Below are positions 57,170-64,000 of a stretch of 64,000 nt of DNA, piece by piece. The notes beneath the pieces are model-generated. The model was not told where the DNA came from. It worked only from the letters and a program-made list of their open reading frames with translations, and ran no database searches. The stretch spans positions 1 through 64,000 of IMG/VR virus record IMGVR_UViG_3300029288_000123; one strand, 5' to 3'. How positions within the stretch are numbered: the first letter of the stretch is position 1; each line of letters starts with the position of its first letter. A program made the position numbers and the translations under genes. The stretch is from a virus. Its lineage: Duplodnaviria > Caudoviricetes.

Positions 57170-57652
57170 TTAAAAATGTTTCTCCAAAGAAACAACAAGT
57201 TTATGTCTAAATTTATCTCGAACATGAGGTTCACCTACAGTTGTTAATGGATAATTAGAAATAAATTTTACAAATCCTACCCTTGTTCCAGAATCAGTAG
57301 CGTCTAATGTGCTTTTATCGTCGGGGTCATTTGCAAAAGTATAATAAGGAAAACCCAATTTTAATTTAGAAGTAATATAATCTACTAAATCCCAAGTTAT
57401 TCCTCTGCTTTTTCCGAAAATATTTATATCTACACTAAATGTTTCAAACATACTATTTGACCCTAGTTCTGCTCTTGATTCTTCTTTGCTTATCATTTCT
57501 ATTACAATTATAGGTAACGAAATAGAAGTTTTATAAGCATCATCATAAACAAGTGTAGTTGTTACTCCAGACCAATCAGCAGTAAAACAAGTGTCTAAAT
57601 ATCGTTTAATACTCTTTTGAACGTTTCTTGATTTTCTATAATAATTACTCAT
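57170..57652 (-). CDS. Tail terminator-like protein
   Basis: LPIIVI, ELGS, DINIFG; synteny. Confidence 0.55.
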   Translation of the reverse strand: MSNYYRKSRNVQKSIKRYLDTCFTADWSGVTTTLVYDDAYKTSISLPIIVIEMISKEESRAELGSNSMFETFSVDINIFGKSRGITWDLVDYITSKLKLGFPYYTFANDPDDKSTLDATDSGTRVGFVKFISNYPLTTVGEPHVRDKFRHKLVVSLEKHF

Positions 57653-58053
57653 TACATTTTTCTCTTTAAAGATATTCGAATTAAATTAAATGGGCGAGAT
57701 TGAATATATAAAGAACTTCCATCTTTATATATCTCATATTCGTTGCCCGCAATTTCTATTTTACTTGCTTGTTCAAAATAGTTTCTATATCTTTTTTCAC
57801 AATAAAAATCTAAGGCTTGTTCTATACCTTTTCCTATTCCTCTATAAACTACTTTCGCCCCTGATATATCAACAGCATAACCTTTAATCGTGACAGGATT
57901 AAGATTTGTCTTTGTTGCAGACACATCTCCTTCATCAGGGTCGTAACCATCAGGATAAGATAGATAAGAAAAATAAATTCTACATTTAACACATATAGCA
58001 GAATTTTTTAACAAAGACTCTATATAAGAATTATGTTTAAAATCAAATCTCAT
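57652..58053 (-). CDS. Head-closure-like protein
   Basis: KIEIAGNEYEI; synteny. Confidence 0.55.
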   Translation of the reverse strand: MRFDFKHNSYIESLLKNSAICVKCRIYFSYLSYPDGYDPDEGDVSATKTNLNPVTIKGYAVDISGAKVVYRGIGKGIEQALDFYCEKRYRNYFEQASKIEIAGNEYEIYKDGSSLYIQSRPFNLIRISLKRKM

Positions 58054-58481
58054 TATGCGTCTTTCTTAATGTATTTAGCTACCAAATCAGTAATTTTCCC
58101 TGCTATAACATGATAAATTAACCTAACTCTATCAGGAACATCTACACCTAATTTGTCAAATAGTTTATCAAGTTCTTCACCGGCTTCTGTCTTATTAATT
58201 TCTCCATTAACAATTAAAGTAGCCAGTTTTATTTGAGCTTCTACTATTTTATCAAAAATTTTATAGAATGTTTCTGCTTTGTCTTTTAAAATTAATTCTA
58301 GAAAACCTTTAACAAACTTATTTTCAAGAAATTCTGAAATCTTTTCCGCTACTTCTGTTGCATTAGAAATATTTCCCGCATTTAAACCTAAAAATCCTCT
58401 AACAAGCCCATCCCAATTAATATTACTTAATTTGCTGGGATTCTCTCTCCAATTTTTCAATACATTAGAAAACCAACCCAT
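58053..58481 (-). CDS. Hypothetical protein with amphipathic N-terminus
   Basis: GGAGG RBS. Confidence 0.6.
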   Translation of the reverse strand: MGWFSNVLKNWRENPSKLSNINWDGLVRGFLGLNAGNISNATEVAEKISEFLENKFVKGFLELILKDKAETFYKIFDKIVEAQIKLATLIVNGEINKTEAGEELDKLFDKLGVDVPDRVRLIYHVIAGKITDLVAKYIKKDA

Positions 58482-58494
58482 AATATCCTCCTTC

Positions 58495-58662
58495 TTACCA
58501 TTTCTTTTTTAAAAACCAAGTTTTTTTCTTTAATTCTGTCGGTTTAAGCGTACTCGCTTCTTCACTATGTTTATTATGCAAGTCTTCGGCTTCTTTATCC
58601 CAAGACTGTTTTCTTTCTCCCTCACCTATAAATTTATTCCATATTTTCTTTAAAAAACTCAT
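58495..58662 (-). CDS. 55-aa peptide (not in ORF track)
   Basis: MSFLKKIWNKFIGEG...WFLKKKW; TAATG coupling with the upstream ORF. Confidence 0.5.
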   Translation of the reverse strand: MSFLKKIWNKFIGEGERKQSWDKEAEDLHNKHSEEASTLKPTELKKKTWFLKKKW

Positions 58663-58889
58663 TATTCTAATCTACGTCCTGTTTTCCTAGTTCTTCGACC
58701 GTGTTTTAATTGTTTAGTTCTATTTTGAGAAGAAACAACTTTTTTCTTTTCCTGTTTTATTTGCTTATTAGACCAATCATATACCAACCCAGCCAAAAAT
58801 TTAAGAGGTCTTTTAAATTTATGTAATATATTTAAAATTTGTTTAAAAACATTTACTTTTTCTTTTCTTACTTTTTTTATTTTTTTCAT
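58662..58889 (-). CDS. Highly cationic amphipathic peptide
   Basis: K/R-rich; VFKQILNILHKFKRPLKFLAGLV. Confidence 0.5.
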   Translation of the reverse strand: MKKIKKVRKEKVNVFKQILNILHKFKRPLKFLAGLVYDWSNKQIKQEKKKVVSSQNRTKQLKHGRRTRKTGRRLE

Positions 58890-59127
58890 ATTCTTCTCTC
58901 CTTACTGATTTATTCAAAGCAACATATTTACCTATAAATTTAACAAAAGGTAATGCTTTATTATCTTTTCTTAAAACAGGAGTAATTTTTATAAATAAAC
59001 TTGCTAAACTAATAATTACGGAAATACCCACCCCTATAATTAATCCTAAAGATTTAATAGCTTCTATAAAAATATCTCTGTTTTCTATAATATAATTACA
59101 AATTTCTAATAATTTATCCATAATCAT
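58843..59127 (-). CDS. Holin-like membrane protein
   Basis: One TM helix, ITP motif, basic C-tail. Confidence 0.5.
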   Translation of the reverse strand: MIMDKLLEICNYIIENRDIFIEAIKSLGLIIGVGISVIISLASLFIKITPVLRKDNKALPFVKFIGKYVALNKSVRREEYEKNKKSKKRKSKCF

Positions 59128-59540
59128 TCCTTGAAAGATAGTTCTTCCAATAAATCTAAAGAACCTTCTTTATTAAAAACTATGTTTTGCCCAACTACTC
59201 TCCGAATAAGCAAATCTATTTGTTTACCTTGCTGTTCATTGGATTCTACGAGTCTTCCAAACATATACATAAATCCAAAAACCTCTAATATAATACTAAA
59301 AACAATTCCTACAATAGCAAGTCGCCATTTTGACCCTTGTTTAATATGAGAAGAAATATCAATTATAACTTCCCCTATTTTTTCTTTTAATGAATCTATT
59401 TTTAAATTTGATAATTCCGAGTTTTTTGTTATTGTTTCGTCTGTTATAAGTATTTGTTTACAAACCTCTTTGATTTCATGTTCATATCTGCAAGGTATAG
59501 GACAAAAATTAGGGGTTTGTTTTTCAGATGAGTCTATCAT
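59124..59540 (-). CDS. Coiled-coil plus TM protein (holin/antiholin-like)
   Basis: Coiled coil followed by WRLAIVGIVFSIILEVFGFMYMFG. Confidence 0.5.
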   Translation of the reverse strand: MIDSSEKQTPNFCPIPCRYEHEIKEVCKQILITDETITKNSELSNLKIDSLKEKIGEVIIDISSHIKQGSKWRLAIVGIVFSIILEVFGFMYMFGRLVESNEQQGKQIDLLIRRVVGQNIVFNKEGSLDLLEELSFKE

Positions 59541-59833
59541 GATTCCATCTCCCAAAGTGTGATGAAATATTGCGTGTATGTTGTATATGTTCCGTCAGTT
59601 GCTTTAATAGTAATAATATAATCTCCCTCTATCCAATCTTCGTCCGATTGAAAAATATATTTATAAGCAGTACTACTTAACTTGGTCATAGCAACGTCGT
59701 CTATTCTGGTTGTATCATAATTATCTTCAATGGTAATTGTAACGGTAGGGTTTTCTATATTAAATGTAGCAATAATTTCTATAGCACTACCTAATAGAAA
59801 ATCGTCTATTTTTGAAATAGGAATTCGAGACAT
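59537..59833 (-). CDS. Small Ig-like virion-associated protein
   Basis: Beta pattern YKYIF...GDYIITIKA. Confidence 0.45.
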   Translation of the reverse strand: MSRIPISKIDDFLLGSAIEIIATFNIENPTVTITIEDNYDTTRIDDVAMTKLSSTAYKYIFQSDEDWIEGDYIITIKATDGTYTTYTQYFITLWEMES

Positions 59834-59955
59834 TTGTAACTCCTATATTTAAGATTTAGTATAAACTTCTATATTTATATAATCACGAACGCTAACAGTT
59901 AAAGGGTCAATATAATTTCTGATTGTTACTGTAATAATTTCGGGTTTTGACATTT

Positions 59956-60537
59956 TTAACTCCTACTTACTGTTTCCCAGATTCCGCCCGACCAATCGTT
60001 ATACGATAATGTTTTTCTTGCAAAATCTTCAAAATTTAAAGCGTCTCTATTCGAAACTGAAAAATCCGGTAAACGTAAATTGGAAACATCTGGACGTAAT
60101 TTATATGCCGAAATAATAGCAATTAAGTTTTGTTCTTTTACTGTGGGTTCAGGTTGAATATTATTACCGGAATCTACAATAAAATCTAAATAATTGTTAA
60201 TAGATAAATACATTAAAACCGTTCTAATAGCAGAAGCAACTTCAGTAGAACTAAAATTTTTATAACATGTATATTCAATTTTAACAGAATCTCCCGCACT
60301 CAAAGAATAATTGGATGTTAACGTATCATCAATAGTTACTTTACTCGAACTATAAGACCAATCAGAAACAGGTAACACAGTATCATTTATATAAACCGCA
60401 GTTGCGGTTACTGGATAACTTTCTTCTAGAGTAAAAATTCGAGAAGTAGAATAAGTGAAAATATCTGACACTGATTCTATAGTGTCATTTAAAACATATC
60501 TTACTTTTGATTCTACATTTGTTAAGGAAACGCTCAT
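59956..60537 (-). CDS. Head-tail adaptor
   Basis: KVRYVLND N-terminus; follows the capsid gene. Confidence 0.6.
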   Translation of the reverse strand: MSVSLTNVESKVRYVLNDTIESVSDIFTYSTSRIFTLEESYPVTATAVYINDTVLPVSDWSYSSSKVTIDDTLTSNYSLSAGDSVKIEYTCYKNFSSTEVASAIRTVLMYLSINNYLDFIVDSGNNIQPEPTVKEQNLIAIISAYKLRPDVSNLRLPDFSVSNRDALNFEDFARKTLSYNDWSGGIWETVSRS

Positions 60538-60555
60538 ACGTTTCTCCTATTAAGT

Positions 60556-60567
60556 TATAATTCTTTG
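60556..60567 (-). promoter_or_regulatory. Candidate late-promoter motif CAAAGAATTATA
   Basis: Matches 55249-55260. Confidence 0.45.
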
Positions 60568-60575
60568 AGGTTTAT

Positions 60576-60603
60576 AGGAGAGGAGATTTAATTCTCCTCT
60601 CCT
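60576..60603 (-). terminator. Perfect 11-bp hairpin after the capsid gene
   Basis: AGGAGAGGAGA-N6-TCTCCTCTCCT; no U-tract. Confidence 0.45.
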
Positions 60604-60634
60604 GTGATATTTCATTTTAACTATGTTCTATAAC

Positions 60635-61567
60635 TTATGCTCTTGTGAACTCAGATATTGCGTATTGATTAACTACAGCACCAACAAACTCTTCCCATCC
60701 GCCTATACCAATAGCCCAATAACGTTTAGTTCCGTTAGCAAGCTGTACAGGATTCGGGGAAATCATAACCATTCTCTGACGTTCTGTATCCATAGTATCC
60801 ATCATTATCCCTTCAAGACCTTCTATGTTACCTATTTTCTTCCTAACAAACAGAAGAGGTTTTTCCATAGAAGTATCTGTTGCTACAAGATAACCTACAC
60901 TAGAACTAATAACATCAGTAGAAGCACCATCAAGAGTCATAGTCATCGTTGACGGAATCCTAATCTCCTTAATATTCAAAGCTTTATACGCTTCAAGAAC
61001 ACTTTGATTCTTGTTTATATCATAATTCCACAGCGATTTATCTTTAAATATTGTAGCTCCAGCAACAAGATACAAGTCTCCACCATAATCTGTTACATCT
61101 TCAACCATATCTATAAGATTCTCAAACCTGAACTTTGTCTGATTAGAAGTAAGACCGTGTTCATTACCACTAGAAGTTGTTGCAGCAGCCAACAGAGTAA
61201 CTATCGCCTGAGCCTCTACTGTATCAAGTGCCCTAGTAATAGTTCTTTTCTTCCTCATCAGAGTCTTTTCTTTAGCAGAAGCTAAATCTTTCAGAAGCAT
61301 ATAGTATTCAGGTGTTGAAAAATCAGCAAAAGTAAGAGCAACAGGTGTGTCGGGCGTAACTTTACTCTGCGTCACTTCACCGCTAGATGTTATCGTATGA
61401 ATAACTTCTGTTTCCAAAAGTGCATCATAGTAATAAGCATATTCGTTCGGTTCTGCGGTATCTAAATTACAAAGAACCTTCACAATCTCCGGATGCGGTT
61501 TACGAGGGTCAAGTGGTTGCCCTATAATCTTTGAATATTCCAACATTTTATCTTCTCTAATCATCAT
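60635..61567 (-). CDS. Major capsid protein
   Basis: 310 aa, after protease/scaffold, strong AGGAGG RBS, C-terminal GWEEFVGAVVN. Confidence 0.75.
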   Translation of the reverse strand: MMIREDKMLEYSKIIGQPLDPRKPHPEIVKVLCNLDTAEPNEYAYYYDALLETEVIHTITSSGEVTQSKVTPDTPVALTFADFSTPEYYMLLKDLASAKEKTLMRKKRTITRALDTVEAQAIVTLLAAATTSSGNEHGLTSNQTKFRFENLIDMVEDVTDYGGDLYLVAGATIFKDKSLWNYDINKNQSVLEAYKALNIKEIRIPSTMTMTLDGASTDVISSSVGYLVATDTSMEKPLLFVRKKIGNIEGLEGIMMDTMDTERQRMVMISPNPVQLANGTKRYWAIGIGGWEEFVGAVVNQYAISEFTRA

Positions 61568-61607
61568 AATAATTTCCTCCTATCATTGTATTAAATTTAA
61601 AATTAAA

Positions 61608-63410
61608 TTATTTCTCTTCAGAACCTTCATAACCGTAAGCTTCGGCTTCAACTTTATCGTGAGCTTTCTGAATTTCATCTTTTGATTTAGGTTGTCTTGA
61701 CCCAGCTATCATAGCGTTTTCGGGGTTTTTCTTCAGTTCTGCATTTTCTTTTTTAAGTTTTGCGTTTTCAAATTTCACATTATCTAACAAATCTTCATCT
61801 TTTACAGAATTGGCTTTAATATACTCTTCACCAAGTTCTTCTTTTCTCGCTTTGATTGTAGACTGTTTAATTTCTTCATCTCTACGAGCTATCTCGGCTT
61901 TAATATTATCTCTTTCTGTTTCAACTGCTTTTTTCGCTTCTTCAGTTTCAGTAACCTTTGCTTTTAAAGCATTAAGCTCTTCATCTTTAGAAGCTATAAT
62001 GTCGTCTTTTGCTTTCAAATTTTCCTCCAGCAATTCAATTTTCTCTTGAGCTTTCTTCAACTCTTCCATATTTATTCCTCCCTTATTTTTGTTATATTTA
62101 TCTACAATATCATTCATATTTAATAATTTCGCTTTTTTGAGAATTTTATTTTTAACAATCTCTGCTTCTGATTCATTTAAATCTTTTGTTTTAAACAATT
62201 CTTCAAAAGAAGCTTTAACATTTTCTTTACTGTCTATTGGAAATCTACGAACTTTTTGTTTAACTTTCGTTTTTTTACTAATAATATGTTGAATCAAAGC
62301 AAAATCCGAATCGTCTAATTCAGAGCTTTTAGAAGGTCTATCTTCCCTTCTCATCTCTCCGCCACATTTAGGGCATTTAATATCTTTACAGTGTTCTTCT
62401 GAACTTGTCGTATATCCGCATTTTAAACATTCACAATCATAACTTGATTTTTCTAAATTCTGAAGCTTGTTTATCAATTCTGATTCGGTTTCTTCAAGAA
62501 TTAACATTTGACCTTCAGAAGGTATATCACTGGCTCTTTCAACAACCGTTACTTTTTTAATTTTGCCCTGTTTAGTAACCTTTGTTTTCGGCATTAAATC
62601 CGCTTTTACTTTGCTTCCACACCAACTACAAACTAAATCTACCATTAAATTTTCAAAATCTAAATTAACCATATCAAACCAATACTTTTGAGCACAAACA
62701 GGACATTCTATCTCATCTATTAATCGTCTGACCCAAGGCATATCTTCTACAAACAATTTAGAAGTTTCTGTTTCTAAATCACATTTTATCATATCACTTT
62801 CATCATAAGCATAAACCATACTGTTATTATTTGTAGCAACTTCTTTAGCCAATTCCAAAACCTTAGCTTCATCAAAAGCAGGGGGTTCTTTAAAAAGTAT
62901 AGCCCCACCAGCAATCTCTATTTCATCTAATGTAAAATCACCATTATCTTTATAAGTTCTCTTTTCTTTAGGACACCAAATCTCGAAACTCGAATTTAAT
63001 TTTCCTGATTGAAAAAGTTTTTTGGCTTCGTCCCATTTATCAGGAAAACAAGATTTGTATATACACCCGTAAGAATGAATTTCATTATCTATAATTTCGG
63101 CATCCAAATAATGACCTAATACACTTGTTCTATTATGTTCAGCGTTAACGGGTTTTTGCCTAATGCTTGTTAACCCTGCTTCCACTTTATCTTTAGGTAA
63201 TATACATTTATTTTTATTTGCTTTGTCTACAATTGCATAAATATTATGAAAAAACCCCAAATCTCTATTACCCGCTTTTAAATTAGCCTTGTCTATAATT
63301 TCTTGTAATTTAGTATTCTGAGAAGCGTCTTCAATAAATTCAAATTTACCGTTTACTTTCATTCCTTCAAGAAAATCATAAACTTGTTTACTCTCAATTT
63401 TTTCGCTCAT
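61608..63410 (-). CDS. Prohead protease/scaffold fusion with inserted Zn ribbons and DUF6582-like domain
   Basis: PVNAEH, SSFE, GGAIL..PAF; CxxC pairs; LDDSDFA..RFPI; C-terminal coiled coil. Confidence 0.7.
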   Translation of the reverse strand: MSEKIESKQVYDFLEGMKVNGKFEFIEDASQNTKLQEIIDKANLKAGNRDLGFFHNIYAIVDKANKNKCILPKDKVEAGLTSIRQKPVNAEHNRTSVLGHYLDAEIIDNEIHSYGCIYKSCFPDKWDEAKKLFQSGKLNSSFEIWCPKEKRTYKDNGDFTLDEIEIAGGAILFKEPPAFDEAKVLELAKEVATNNNSMVYAYDESDMIKCDLETETSKLFVEDMPWVRRLIDEIECPVCAQKYWFDMVNLDFENLMVDLVCSWCGSKVKADLMPKTKVTKQGKIKKVTVVERASDIPSEGQMLILEETESELINKLQNLEKSSYDCECLKCGYTTSSEEHCKDIKCPKCGGEMRREDRPSKSSELDDSDFALIQHIISKKTKVKQKVRRFPIDSKENVKASFEELFKTKDLNESEAEIVKNKILKKAKLLNMNDIVDKYNKNKGGINMEELKKAQEKIELLEENLKAKDDIIASKDEELNALKAKVTETEEAKKAVETERDNIKAEIARRDEEIKQSTIKARKEELGEEYIKANSVKDEDLLDNVKFENAKLKKENAELKKNPENAMIAGSRQPKSKDEIQKAHDKVEAEAYGYEGSEEK

Positions 63411-63434
63411 TTCTAACCCCTAATTAACATTTAA

Positions 63435-63998
63435 TTAGTTAATCTCTATATTTAAAATAGAAAGAATTAATTTTCGAATATCTTTAGCACCTATCATATC
63501 CGCTTTTAAATTTGTTCCTATCAGTTTGTGTGCTTCAACTCTGTGAATATCCGTTGTTAAAACTTTTTTAACTCCTTCAATTATATTTTTTCGTTCTACA
63601 TAAATAGACTTTAACCCAGCAACTTCTGTTACTAATTTTTGATTATGTTGAACTGAACCTATCATTCCTACATAATCAACCAAATTATTAGATTTAATTC
63701 CTAATAATTTAAAAAACTCTATTATTTCCGCACTAACCATTCCTTCTAAAGAAACATTTTGAAAAATACTTTTCTTTATTATACCTTCTAAATCTATTTT
63801 AGAAATATCTATAAAAGTTTTAATACCAACAATATTTGCATTATAATAAGTATTTAGTTGTTTTATCCCGTACAACGGAAATTTAAACTCTACAAAGATT
63901 CGTCTAATATCCGGCGGATAATCAAATCCTCCACCATCGGGAACAGTCTGTTTAGAATAAATAATAAAATTTCCATCATTATCTACAATTTTTTGACC
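63435..63998 (-). CDS. Hypothetical protein, 5'-truncated by the window edge
   Basis: Frame stays open from 63875 to the end of the window. Confidence 0.6.
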   Translation of the reverse strand, partial: GQKIVDNDGNFIIYSKQTVPDGGGFDYPPDIRRIFVEFKFPLYGIKQLNTYYNANIVGIKTFIDISKIDLEGIIKKSIFQNVSLEGMVSAEIIEFFKLLGIKSNNLVDYVGMIGSVQHNQKLVTEVAGLKSIYVERKNIIEGVKKVLTTDIHRVEAHKLIGTNLKADMIGAKDIRKLILSILNIEIN

Positions 63999-64000
63999 TT

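Overview
A 64 kb segment of an AT-rich tailed dsDNA bacteriophage. It looks siphovirus-like: tail tube and tape measure are present and no sheath gene was seen. A bacterial host is indicated by consensus sigma70 promoters and GGAG ribosome-binding sites. The + arm (1-42.7 kb) carries a tyrosine recombinase, an AT-rich origin-like region, a sigma-like regulator, and a replication/recombination module: flap exonuclease, prim-pol/helicase, two resolvases, RecA, PolB, class III RNR with a redoxin, and split Rad50 with Mre11. Four LAGLIDADG inteins interrupt these genes. The same arm holds five tRNAs, two serine-less acyl-carrier-protein-like genes, a ~10 kb glycan biosynthesis/modification operon and many small ORFs. 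The convergent - arm (42.9-64 kb) is the virion module. The most notable unexplained signals are: (i) a helically phased 'arm + GGTA-N10-TRCC core' element at four intergenic sites 15-20 kb apart; (ii) a DIP1984-like gene followed by a candidate multi-stem ncRNA; (iii) two ACP mimics lacking the phosphopantetheine serine; (iv) the glycan operon; (v) C-terminal beta-clamp motifs on PolB and the flap nuclease; (vi) a candidate +1 shifty-stop frameshift in the tail chaperones. All calls come from motif reading by eye; no database searches were run.
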